The notes: generated from the sequence alone by a model not told the origin. Positions 51,451 through 60,340 are shown, numbered from the stretch's first letter. The stretch is DNA of 64,000 nucleotides from an uncultured Eubacteriales bacterium (GCA_948468985.1 CAOKKG010000002.1:7704-71703); one strand, 5' to 3'. Numbers and translations: made by a program.

Positions 51451-51660
51451 ATGGCACACCACGAAAACTACACGCTGTGCGAATGCGGCGGCGTGTCGCT
51501 CTACGACATCGAGGACGCGCTCTTTTCCGCCGCGGAGATCCGCGACATCGACGACGCGTTCCGCATCGTGCAGGAAAAGACGCATTGCGCCAACCTCTGC
51601 GGCAAGTGCCGCACGGCGATCTTGGAGCTCATCGCCGAGCTCATGTACAACGAAATATAA
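51451..51660 (+). CDS. BFD-like (2Fe-2S)-binding small protein
   Basis: C-x-C at the N-terminus; HCANLCGKC at the C-terminus. Confidence 0.7.
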   Translation: MAHHENYTLCECGGVSLYDIEDALFSAAEIRDIDDAFRIVQEKTHCANLCGKCRTAILELIAELMYNEI

Positions 51661-51672
51661 GGCGAGCAAAAC

Positions 51673-51705
51673 AAAAAGTCCGGTGCGGCGCACCGGGCTT
51701 TTTTT
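51673..51705 (+). terminator. Terminator after argS-serS-bfd
   Basis: AAAAAGTCCGGTGC-GGC-GCACCGGGCTTTTTT. Confidence 0.85.
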
Positions 51706-51849
51706 ACATGCATCTGTAGGAGGGAGAGCCTGCCGCTTTCGCACAGGCTTTCCCGCTCGTGCTTTGCAAGGCCATTTCCCGCGCCGCGCGGTTTCCGCTC
51801 TGCCGCGGCCATTCCCGGGCGGCAAGCAGGGCCGGACGGCGCGCGGCCA

Positions 51850-52341
51850 TTACTGCTCCGGCGAAAAGACCTCCACCGGGTTGCCGTGCGCGCGGGCGAG
51901 GTCGATCATCGCCTGTGTCGGCATCCAGACCGTCGCCGTGTTGTCGTTTGGATGCAGGCCGATGCGCCTGCCCGCCAGCAAGGCTTCGTCGACATACCAC
52001 GCCACCGTGCCCGAGGCGTCGTTCAACAGCCCCATGGGCGAGACCGCCCCCGGCGTCAGGCCGAGGTGGGAAAGCAGCTCCTCCGCCGAGGCAAATGTGA
52101 GCGGCCGCGTGCCGTGCGCACGGCGAAAGGCCTTGAGGTCGACCCGCTTGTCGCCCTGCACGGTCAGCAGATAGTATTGCCGCTTTTTGTCGTCGCGCAC
52201 AAAGATATTCTTGGCATCCGCCTCAGGGTAGGGCAGCGGGACATCTTTTAGCTCCGCCATCGTGTACACGGCGCCGTGCTCCGTCACTTCGAAGGGGATA
52301 CCCTGCGCGCGCAAAAGCGCGTATACCGCTTCCTTATTCAT
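51850..52341 (-). CDS. YbaK/ProX-family aminoacyl-tRNA deacylase (PrdX/ProXp-ala-like)
   Basis: KNIFVRDDKK, FAS-x-EEL, GAVSPMGL, HPNDNTAT. Confidence 0.88.
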   Translation of the reverse strand: MNKEAVYALLRAQGIPFEVTEHGAVYTMAELKDVPLPYPEADAKNIFVRDDKKRQYYLLTVQGDKRVDLKAFRRAHGTRPLTFASAEELLSHLGLTPGAVSPMGLLNDASGTVAWYVDEALLAGRRIGLHPNDNTATVWMPTQAMIDLARAHGNPVEVFSPEQ

Positions 52342-53227
52342 CTGCTTCCACCGTCCTCTCCCGCTGTGCGTCTCGGGCTTCCCCGAACCGCGCGTACAGA
52401 TATACGCCCAAAATGACGATGCCGCCGCCCAGCACCGTCAGCCAGGCAGGAACCTCCCCGAACAGGAAAAACGCGAACACCGAGGAAAATACCGGCTCTA
52501 ATAGCTTGATGGTGGCAATGAAGGAGGCGCTTTCAAACTTCAGCCCCCAGCTAAAGACGCTGTGCCCGAGCAGCGTGCAGAACACGGCCAGCCCGGCCGC
52601 CGCCCAGAGGTTTCTCGGCGCATAGCCGAACACCGGCGTGCCGCCCGCAAGGAGCAGGACGAGCACCGTGACCGCTGCCGCGGCATACACGAACAGCGTA
52701 TAGACTGTCGTGGAAATGCGCTGGCGGCAGACCTTGCCGATCATCGTATACACGGCCATGGCCGCCGCCCCGCCGAGCGCCAACAGGTCGCCCCGCAGCA
52801 GGTCGCTCCCGCCTCCGGCATCCGCCATCGCAATGAGCAGGCTGCCCGCGAAGGTCGCCCCGATGCCCAACCAGCCGCCGCGCGAAATTGTTTCGCGGAA
52901 TAGCAGCAGCATGGCCAGGGCAACGAAGAACACCTCGGTATCCACCAGCGCGACCGCCGCCGCGACGCTGGTATAGCGCAGCGATTCAAAATACAGCGTG
53001 AAATGCAGCCCCAAAAACGCGCCGCTCAAACTGCAAAGCCCGATGTCCCGCCCCGTGAGGCCGGAAAGCTCCGCCCGGTGGCGGAGCAGCACGAGCGGCA
53101 GGAGCAAGAGCGCGGACAGCGCCACGCGGTAGAACACGAGCACCATCGACGGTGCGGACGCCAGGCGCACGAAGATCGCGGACAGCGACATCCCCACGAC
53201 GCCGAGCAAGAGGCAGAGTTTTTTCAT
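52334..53227 (-). CDS. DMT/EamA-family transporter
   Basis: About 10 TM helices; LGLHF-x-LYFESL-x-YTSVA, GDLLAL, LLEPV. Confidence 0.9.
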   Translation of the reverse strand: MKKLCLLLGVVGMSLSAIFVRLASAPSMVLVFYRVALSALLLLPLVLLRHRAELSGLTGRDIGLCSLSGAFLGLHFTLYFESLRYTSVAAAVALVDTEVFFVALAMLLLFRETISRGGWLGIGATFAGSLLIAMADAGGGSDLLRGDLLALGGAAAMAVYTMIGKVCRQRISTTVYTLFVYAAAAVTVLVLLLAGGTPVFGYAPRNLWAAAGLAVFCTLLGHSVFSWGLKFESASFIATIKLLEPVFSSVFAFFLFGEVPAWLTVLGGGIVILGVYLYARFGEARDAQRERTVEADE

Positions 53228-53548
53228 GAAACCTCCTTGGCCGGGCGAAGGCCTTCCGCCGGGCCGGTTTGACAAAATTCAATTTTGCTATTATAGCAGA
53301 TTTCCCGCCCAAAGAATAGCCCTTGCGGGAGAGTACCCCCTCGCGATCTGCCTTTGCTCGCTTTGAAGCGGCCTCTCTGCGCGCAGGGAAGGCGGCGCAT
53401 GCAAAATTTCGCGTCCCACGCGGCTGGTGGGGCCATCTTCTCTCTTTGCGAAAAAGCAGTGGTCGGATTTCCCCTGTATATCAAAAAAAGCTCCCCCTAC
53501 GCGGTAAAAACCGCGCGAAGGAAGCCTTGTGCCCACCCTTCCGGGGGC

Positions 53549-54343
53549 TTAGAACACGATGTGGAACACCAATTGGTCGAGCAGCACGAGCACGCCCAGC
53601 ACCGCCGTGTAGATGGCGAAGCCATAGAGCTTCTTGTTGCGCACCAGCTTGAGCATGAACTTCGCCGCAAAGAAGCTGGAGATCGCCGCCGCTACCATGC
53701 CGAGCAGCGTGGGCCCCCAATAGATCTCGCCCGCGCCGTTTTTCAGGATGTCATAGCCCTGCATGACCGCGGACCCCAGGATCACCGGGATGGACATCAA
53801 AAAGGAGAAGGTCGCCGCCAGGCTGCGGTCCAGCCCGGCCATCAGGCTCCCCGCAAGCGTCGAGCCCGAACGCGACACGCCGGGCAGGATCGCCACGGCC
53901 TGCATGCATCCCACGCCAAACGCCGTGGAAAAGCGGATCTGATCCTTTTCAAAATAGCGCGGCTGCCGCTTGGCCGCGATTTGCTCGCTCAGCACCAACA
54001 GCACACTCGTGCACAAAAAGCCCACCGCAAGGTATTGCCCCTGAAACGCACCCTCAAAAAAGTCGCCGAGAAACAAACCCGCCGCCACCGCGGGGAGGGT
54101 CGCCACGACAAGCACCCAGGTGAAGCGCGCAAACAGGTGCTTTAGAATCTCCCAAATGTCGCGCCAAAGCACGATAAACACGGCCACGAGCGTCCCGACA
54201 TGCAGCATGGTGTCAAAAAAGAGCATGTCGCCCGGCGTGCCGAAGATGTTCTGGAACAGCACCAGGTGTCCGCTGCTGGACACGGGCAGAAATTCCGTCA
54301 AGCCCTGGATAAGTCCCAACAAAATCGCTTCTACAATCGTCAT
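53549..54343 (-). CDS. uppP: Undecaprenyl-diphosphate phosphatase
   Basis: QGLTEFLPVSSSGHL, H-x-GT, PGVSRSGST, FSFLMSIP. Confidence 0.97.
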   Translation of the reverse strand: MTIVEAILLGLIQGLTEFLPVSSSGHLVLFQNIFGTPGDMLFFDTMLHVGTLVAVFIVLWRDIWEILKHLFARFTWVLVVATLPAVAAGLFLGDFFEGAFQGQYLAVGFLCTSVLLVLSEQIAAKRQPRYFEKDQIRFSTAFGVGCMQAVAILPGVSRSGSTLAGSLMAGLDRSLAATFSFLMSIPVILGSAVMQGYDILKNGAGEIYWGPTLLGMVAAAISSFFAAKFMLKLVRNKKLYGFAIYTAVLGVLVLLDQLVFHIVF

Positions 54344-54551
54344 AATTTCGGTCTCTCGTTTCCTATTTTTCGCGGCCCATGCCGGCCGCCTTTGTTATTA
54401 TAGCACACCCGCGGCAAATAGCAATTTCCCGCGGGATAAATTCACAACTCGCAGGGCGCCCTCTCCCCTTCCCGCAGCAGCATGGAAAGGCTTGCAAACC
54501 AACCTGCCCTCTCGTAGCTCCGCCGCCCCGCAATTCCCGAACAGTTTCGGC

Positions 54552-54580
54552 TTGAGAAAAGCACGCCCATGTGCTACAAT
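54552..54580 (+). promoter_or_regulatory. Sigma-A promoter of ychF
   Basis: TTGAGA-17nt-TACAAT with extended TG. Confidence 0.7.
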
Positions 54581-54709
54581 CGAAGTGCCCCTCGGCCGTG
54601 TGTCGTTTGGCCAGGCGGCGCAGGGCGTTTTGCCCCACCAAAGTCTATTCCCGGGCGCGCCGCCGCATGCGGATCGCCCGAAAAAACCGTTTATAAAAGG
54701 AGAACCGCT

Positions 54710-55810
54710 ATGAAACTTGGCGTCGTTGGCCTGCCCAATGTCGGAAAGAGCTCGCTTTTCAACGCAATCACGCGCGCAGGCGCTGCGAGTGAAAATTACC
54801 CCTTCTGCACCATCGAGCCCAATGTGGGCATGGTGAGCGTCCCGGATGCGCGGCTGGACTACTTGGCCGACATCTATCACCCCGAAAAGTTCACCCCCGC
54901 CACCATCGAATTGGTGGACATCGCCGGACTCGTGCGCGGCGCGAGCAAGGGCGAAGGCCTGGGCAACAAGTTCCTCTCGCACATCCGCGAGGTGGACGCG
55001 ATTTTGCAGGTCGTGCGCTGCTTTGAAAACGAGAACATCGTACATGTGGACGGCAGCATCGACCCTGTCCGCGACGTGGAGACCATCAATTTCGAGCTCC
55101 TGTTTGCGGACATGGAAACCGTGCAAAAGCGCCTCACCCGATCGGAAAAGCTCGCCAAGTCCGGCAACAAGGAATACAAATTGGAATACGAGACGCTCCA
55201 GCAGCTGTATACCGCGCTCGAATCCGGCCGGCCGGCGCGGAGCATCGAATGGACGGAGGAACAGCTCCCCATCGTGCGCAGCCTGTTTTTGCTCACGGAC
55301 AAGCCGATTTTGTATGTCGCCAACATCTCAGAGGACGACCTGTCCACGCCGGAGGAGGCTCTCCCTCTGTTTGTAGCGCTGCGCGATATGGCCGCGCGCG
55401 AACACGCGGAGGTGTTAAAGGTGAGCGTCAAAGTTGAGGAGGAGCTTTCCGCGCTGGACGCCGATGAAAAGGCGATGTTCATCGAGGAACTCGGCATGGG
55501 CGAATCCGGCATCGATCGACTGATCCGCAAATCGTATGAATTGCTCGGGCTCATCAGCTACCTGACCGCCGGACCCAAAGAAGTCCGCGCCTGGACGATC
55601 ACGCGCGGCACCAAGGCCCCGCAGGCCGCCGGCAAGATCCATTCCGACTTTGAGCGCGGCTTCATCCGCGCGGAGGTCATCGCCTTCGATACCCTAAAAG
55701 AACTCGGCGGGGATATGAACCTTGCACGGGAAAAGGGGCTCATCCGCCTCGAGGGCAAGGAGTATGTGATTCAGGACGGCGATGTCGTCGTGTTCCGGTT
55801 CAATGTGTGA
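54710..55810 (+). CDS. ychF: Ribosome-binding ATPase YchF
   Basis: GVVGLPNVGKS, NYPFCTIEPN, DIAGLV-x-GASKGEGLGN-x-FL, GKIHSDFERGFIRAE. Confidence 0.98.
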   Translation: MKLGVVGLPNVGKSSLFNAITRAGAASENYPFCTIEPNVGMVSVPDARLDYLADIYHPEKFTPATIELVDIAGLVRGASKGEGLGNKFLSHIREVDAILQVVRCFENENIVHVDGSIDPVRDVETINFELLFADMETVQKRLTRSEKLAKSGNKEYKLEYETLQQLYTALESGRPARSIEWTEEQLPIVRSLFLLTDKPILYVANISEDDLSTPEEALPLFVALRDMAAREHAEVLKVSVKVEEELSALDADEKAMFIEELGMGESGIDRLIRKSYELLGLISYLTAGPKEVRAWTITRGTKAPQAAGKIHSDFERGFIRAEVIAFDTLKELGGDMNLAREKGLIRLEGKEYVIQDGDVVVFRFNV

Positions 55811-55824
55811 AAAATAAGGGTGCA

Positions 55825-55860
55825 AAAAAGCGGCGCAAAATTGCAATTGCGCCGCTTTTT
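55825..55860. terminator. Bidirectional terminator
   Basis: AAAAAGCGGCGCAA...TTGCGCCGCTTTTT. Confidence 0.88.
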
Positions 55861-55873
55861 GTATGCCCGTTTT

Positions 55874-56353
55874 TCAACAATCCGTCAGATAGTCACAGAT
55901 GAACACCCAGCAGATCTCGTCGCCTTCCTGCACGGTATAGGCGTCGCAGCCGACCTCCGCAAATTCGCCGTTTACCTTATACATCCACCCGGACATGTCG
56001 CCGCAGTCGCCGGCATAGAGCTGCGCAATGCCCTTCACATACTTGCCATAGGCGGAATCCTCGGCGTCCATCTGGATCTTGCGCTCCTGGCACACGGCCT
56101 GCAGCAAGTCATAGGCCGTGACCTCGCCGTCAAAAAAGACCTCGGTTTCCCCCAGCACGACGCCATCCTTCGGGACATAGTCGGCCTTGTCCGCATTGAG
56201 GTCCGCCTCATGCGCCCAGATCTTGCTGCAATCGATGCTGACCGTCGCCTTGTACTCGCCCTTTGCCTCCTGCTTTTTGCAGGAAACCAGGCCGGACAAC
56301 ACTGCGCACACCACCAACGCCGCCAAAAGCACGCGCTTCCAACTCTTCTTCAT
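55874..56353 (-). CDS. DUF4430 (transcobalamin C-terminal-like) lipoprotein
   Basis: Lipobox LVSC; TAYDLL, YVKGI-x2-L...G-x2-SGWMYKVNG, Y-x-V-x2-GD-x-I-x-W. Confidence 0.85.
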   Translation of the reverse strand: MKKSWKRVLLAALVVCAVLSGLVSCKKQEAKGEYKATVSIDCSKIWAHEADLNADKADYVPKDGVVLGETEVFFDGEVTAYDLLQAVCQERKIQMDAEDSAYGKYVKGIAQLYAGDCGDMSGWMYKVNGEFAEVGCDAYTVQEGDEICWVFICDYLTDC

Positions 56354-56379
56354 AAAAACTCCTGTTCCTTCAGTGGGCA

Positions 56380-56550
56380 CACAAACAAAAACCCTCCTGC
56401 CAAATCGGCAAAAGGGTGCAGCAAATACACATTCGCCTCCCATGCTGCCCCTGAAGCATGTTTGATCTCTCGCGGAGAGAAAGACCCGACTTTACGGTAG
56501 CAAGGACGCTGCTGCGGAGATCGGCCGCATTCCATCTGTTCCGCGATGTT
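56380..56550 (-). ncRNA. Candidate cobalamin-type riboswitch/attenuator
   Basis: GGAA-TGCGG/CCGCA hairpin-GCAG..GCTACCGTAA core, CATG..CATGGGAGG element, 10-bp terminator with U-tract 27 nt before the ATG. Confidence 0.55.
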
Positions 56551-56555
56551 CTTTT

Positions 56556-56584
56556 ACTATAGCATGCGCGCGCACAAAAGGCAA
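56556..56584 (-). promoter_or_regulatory. Sigma-A promoter of the DUF4430 leader
   Basis: TTGCCT-17nt-TATAGT with extended TG. Confidence 0.7.
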
Positions 56585-56589
56585 CAGCG

Positions 56590-57642
56590 TTATTCCCCGT
56601 CCAACCCCCACAGAAACCGCCGGTCATAGTCCGTTGAGCTCTTGGAAAGCTCTGCGTCCAGGTATGCATAGCCGTATTTTTCATACAGCGTCGGCGCGCC
56701 CGAAAAGAGGTTTGTTCCCAGCCCCAACCGGTCGCCCTCGATCTCGCACCCAATCGACGCCAGCACTGTCGGGAACATGTCGAAGGACAAAAAGTCGCGC
56801 GATTTTTCCGCGCCGTCCGCCGGCTGCACCGCGGCGTTGACAAAGCCGTTATATACATGCCTGAGATAGTCGCCCTCCGAAAAGAAATTGCGCCGCATAT
56901 ACTCCCCGTCCATGCTCGGGTGGTCGCCCGTGATGACGACGGTGGTGTTTTCATAGAAATCCTGCGCCTGGATCCACCCCAACAACGCGGCCAGCTGCCG
57001 GCTGGCGCAGGCGTAGACATTCTCGTAATCCTCGGCGTATTCGCTGCCGCACAGGTCACAATGGTACCCGCCCACATGGGGCGTGTCCGCCGTGAGCATC
57101 GTAAACGCGAAGGGCTGCCCATCCGCCGCCATGCCCGCAATCTTGTCCTTGGCATAGGCGTAGAGGTATTCGTCCTCCATCCCCCGCAAGACCCAGTAGT
57201 CCTCCGGGATGTACCCCTCTGCCTTGGCCGTGTCGACATCATAAACCCTATCCACCCCGTGGTGCGTGAAATAGCGCACCCGGCCGCAAAACGCCGCGCT
57301 CAAAAGCCCGCTCACCGCGCGGTGCATCGGAAAGATGGGCACGCGCACCTTTTTCCCGAGCCGCAGGACAATGCGCCGGTCGGACGCGAACCAGAACACA
57401 CCGCCCACGAGCACTGTCGCGACGGCCGCCGGGAATAGGGCTTCCTTCAAAAATGCGGTGATGAGGCCGGACTGCACATCGCCCACACCGCTGAACAGCG
57501 AAAACAGCACGGAATCAAAGCCCGTCTGCCCATAGACATCGATATACCACTTGGCCGCAAAAAAGGAGAGCGCCCCCACAAAGAGGAGCAGCCCAAAGAA
57601 AACCCGCCGGGACACGGCGAACCATTTGCCCCCGCGCTTCAC
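56590..57642 (-). pseudogene. LtaS/sulfatase-like membrane protein with apparent internal in-frame deletion
   Basis: N-terminal TMs run directly into AAFCGRVRYF; C-terminal EDEYLY, TMLTADT, GDH, DMFPT-x-LASIG...RLGLGTNLFSG; no N-terminal catalytic sulfatase segment; GTG start overlaps the upstream stop. Confidence 0.6.
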
Positions 57643-57950
57643 TTTTGCGCCCCCCCGACGGAAAGGCGCGGATTCCGGCGGAACAGAGCCTCTACCCCCG
57701 CGAGGACGACGGCCACGGGCACCGCCACGGCGAGATACGAAAAGGCCGCCTGCGGCGTCATGTTCTCGATTGGGCTCATGCCCGAATGAAAGACGTAACG
57801 CTTGATAAAACAGCAAACAAAGTTGATGCTCAGGGCGTTGGTCGCCCACAGGCAGAAAAAGTCATGCGCGCACAGGCGCTTTTTGGAAATGCGTTCCACC
57901 AAAAAGGACGCAAAAAGGGCCGGAAAAAACACCGAAATCCATGTAAGCAT
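57639..57950 (-). CDS. Small three-TM hypothetical protein
   Basis: Hydrophobic 103-aa ORF; its stop overlaps the start of the sulfatase-like gene (GTGA). Confidence 0.7.
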   Translation of the reverse strand: MLTWISVFFPALFASFLVERISKKRLCAHDFFCLWATNALSINFVCCFIKRYVFHSGMSPIENMTPQAAFSYLAVAVPVAVVLAGVEALFRRNPRLSVGGAQK

Positions 57951-58022
57951 ATCTTACTTCCTCGATTCTTTTCCGACCCTATTTTATTCGTATACTACAT
58001 TTTTTGATGTCTGACAGCAAAA

Positions 58023-58514
58023 TTATTTGCCGGTGCTGCCGAATCCACCCTCGCGCGCCGCGGTCGCGTCGTCATCCTCCGTCACGCCGAACGGGAGGAA
58101 GATGCCCTGGCAAAACGCCTCGCCCGCGGCCACGGACAAGGTCTTTTGCTGCTTCGAATCGTTCGTGATACGCAGCAGGATATGCCCCTCATTTTTGGCG
58201 GCGTAGTAATCGCTGTCGATGATGCCCACAGTGTTATTGAGTTGGAGTCGGAATTTGAATCCGAGCCCGCTGCGCGGGCAGCAGACGAGCACCCAGCCCG
58301 GTTGCATCCACGCGCGGATGCCAGTGGGCACGGTAATCTCCTCGCCCGGAGCAAGTGTGAAATCCACCGGCGCGCAGAAGTCATATCCGGCGGACCCGGC
58401 TGTCGCCCGGCGGGGGAGTTTCACGGCCGCATAGCTTGCGCCCGGGGCAAAGGCGGCGGCGTCCTGCGCAAACTGCGCCTCGCTCACCCGCTCAAATCTT
58501 GCTATTCTCTGCAT
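58023..58514 (-). CDS. dut: Trimeric dUTPase
   Basis: RATAGSAGYDF, PRSGLG, NTVGIIDSDYY, QGIF, REGGFGSTG. Confidence 0.95.
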   Translation of the reverse strand: MQRIARFERVSEAQFAQDAAAFAPGASYAAVKLPRRATAGSAGYDFCAPVDFTLAPGEEITVPTGIRAWMQPGWVLVCCPRSGLGFKFRLQLNNTVGIIDSDYYAAKNEGHILLRITNDSKQQKTLSVAAGEAFCQGIFLPFGVTEDDDATAAREGGFGSTGK

Positions 58515-58611
58515 AAGTTACCTCGAAAGTCATGTATTTCTCCTATCATAGCATGTTTTAGCGAAAATTTGAATATTCGGCGAACAATTCCCCGGGAAGC
58601 ACAAAAGCCTA

Positions 58612-58641
58612 TTGACGAGCTCCCCGCGGGAACGCTATAAT
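58612..58641 (+). promoter_or_regulatory. Sigma-A promoter of darA
   Basis: TTGACG-18nt-TATAAT. Confidence 0.75.
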
Positions 58642-58681
58642 AAGGAAAAAGATGGCTTTGCCATGTATGGAGGATATTCTT

Positions 58682-59011
58682 ATGAAACTCATCGTTGCCA
58701 TTGTTCAGGATGAAGATGCGTCCAACCTCATCTCCTCGTTGATGAATGAGCGTTTCAGCGTGACCAAGCTGGCTTCGACCGGCGGTTTCCTGCGTTCGGG
58801 CAATACGACGCTATTGCTTGGCGTCGATGACGAAAAATTGGACGCAGCGCTCGCGGTTGTCAAAAAAGTCTGCATCAGCCGCAAGCAGATCGAAGTCTTC
58901 CCCTCGCCGGCCATGGGCGCCATGGGCATGTACACGCCCTATCCCGTTGAAGTGACGGTCGGCGGCGCGACGGTGTTCGTCATGGATGTCGCGCAGTTCC
59001 ACAAGTATTGA
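58682..59011 (+). CDS. darA: Cyclic-di-AMP receptor, PII-like (DarA/PstA)
   Basis: MKLIVAIVQDED, TKLASTGGFLRSGNTT, VGGATVFVMDV. Confidence 0.93.
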   Translation: MKLIVAIVQDEDASNLISSLMNERFSVTKLASTGGFLRSGNTTLLLGVDDEKLDAALAVVKKVCISRKQIEVFPSPAMGAMGMYTPYPVEVTVGGATVFVMDVAQFHKY

Positions 59012-59018
59012 TCTCTAT

Positions 59019-59050
59019 AAAAAAGGGCAAGCCACGGCTTGCCTTTTTTT
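59019..59050 (+). terminator. Terminator after darA
   Basis: AAAAAGGGCAAGCC-AC-GGCTTGCCTTTTTTT. Confidence 0.8.
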
Positions 59051-59081
59051 ATGCCGTTTTTTCCCGAAAGGAGTTTCCCCT

Positions 59082-60056
59082 ATGCAGAATCAGCAGATCC
59101 TCATCACCTTCCCCACCACGCCGGAGGAGATGGACGCGCTTCGCGCCGCCGCGCCGGGGGCGGAATTCTTCTTTGTCCCACAAAAGCAGGTCTCGCGGGA
59201 GGATGTCCTCCGCACGGACATTATCCTGGGCGCGCCGCCGCTCAAATTCCTGCGCGAAAACGACCACCTGGCCTTGTTGGCCCTGAGCCGCGCGGGCAGC
59301 GCCGATGTGTGCGAACCCGGCGTCCTGCCCGAGCACACGGTGCTCACCAACGCGACCGGCGCGTACGGCATCATCATCAGCGAGTGGATGATTGGCATGC
59401 TCTTAAACATCTATAACCACTTCGCGCTCTACCGCGCGCAGCAGATGCAGGGTCTGTGGCAAAAGCAGTCCCTGCCACGGCATTCGATCTATGGCGCGCG
59501 GGTACTCATCGTGGGCGCAGGCAACATCGGCAGCGAGTTCGCCAAGCGCGCCAAGGCGATGGGCGCCGTGACCGTGGGTGTGCGCCGCTCTGCCGCGCCG
59601 GGCGGGGTGGAATTTGACGAGATGCACACCAACGCCGACCTCGACGCGCTGCTCCCCACGGCGGATATCGTCGCATTGTCCGTCCCGGGCACGCAGGAGA
59701 CTGCGCACCTGTTGGGACGCGAGCGCCTGTTTTGCATGAAGGAAGGCGCGGTGCTTTTGAATGTCGGGCGCGGCAGTGCGGTAGATACTGACGCCCTCTA
59801 TGATGCGCTCTCCTCCTGGCGCCTGCTGGCCGCAGCGCTGGATGTCACCGACCCGGAGCCGCTCCCGGCGGAGCACCCGCTTTGGACGCTGGACAACGCC
59901 TATATCACGCCGCACATCTCGGGCGGGCTGGATTCCCCCATTTCCCGGCGCATCGCCTTCGAAATCTGCCTAGAGAACCTGCGCGCGTATTACGGCGACG
60001 GCGAATACCGAAACCTCGTCGACCGCAAGACGGGATACCGCCGCCTGAACGGCTAA
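59082..60056 (+). CDS. D-2-hydroxyacid dehydrogenase family protein
   Basis: TNATG, VGAGNIG, PGT-x-ET, NVGRG, LDVTDPEPLP, ITPHISG. Confidence 0.93.
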   Translation: MQNQQILITFPTTPEEMDALRAAAPGAEFFFVPQKQVSREDVLRTDIILGAPPLKFLRENDHLALLALSRAGSADVCEPGVLPEHTVLTNATGAYGIIISEWMIGMLLNIYNHFALYRAQQMQGLWQKQSLPRHSIYGARVLIVGAGNIGSEFAKRAKAMGAVTVGVRRSAAPGGVEFDEMHTNADLDALLPTADIVALSVPGTQETAHLLGRERLFCMKEGAVLLNVGRGSAVDTDALYDALSSWRLLAAALDVTDPEPLPAEHPLWTLDNAYITPHISGGLDSPISRRIAFEICLENLRAYYGDGEYRNLVDRKTGYRRLNG

Positions 60057-60071
60057 CAAAGAAAAGCACGC

Positions 60072-60107
60072 AAAACGGCCTCTGCCCACCCGGGTAGAGG
60101 CCGTTTT
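60072..60107. terminator. Bidirectional terminator
   Basis: AAAACGGCCTCT...AGAGGCCGTTTT. Confidence 0.88.
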
Positions 60108-60130
60108 TTGCTGTTTTTGTGTTCGTCTGC

Positions 60131-60340
60131 TCAAAAAAAGATGAAATACACGACCGCAAGCGCCGCAAAGGCGATCGCCCCCGCCGTGGCGCAGCGCAGA
60201 CGGACGGAGAGCTTATCCTGCACACTCCATACCTCTGCCGCCACATGCAGGCGCAGCAGCCGCGCGAAGGCCAAGAGCGCCCCCAGGCTCACCCCGGCCG
60301 CGGCCGCCATCGCGGCCAAGAGCAGCGCCTTAGTCCACAA
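60131..60340 (-). CDS. Possible small two-TM protein
   Basis: TTG start overlapping the nitroreductase end; two hydrophobic helices; ends just before a terminator. Confidence 0.45.
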   Translation of the reverse strand: MWTKALLLAAMAAAAGVSLGALLAFARLLRLHVAAEVWSVQDKLSVRLRCATAGAIAFAALAVVYFIFF

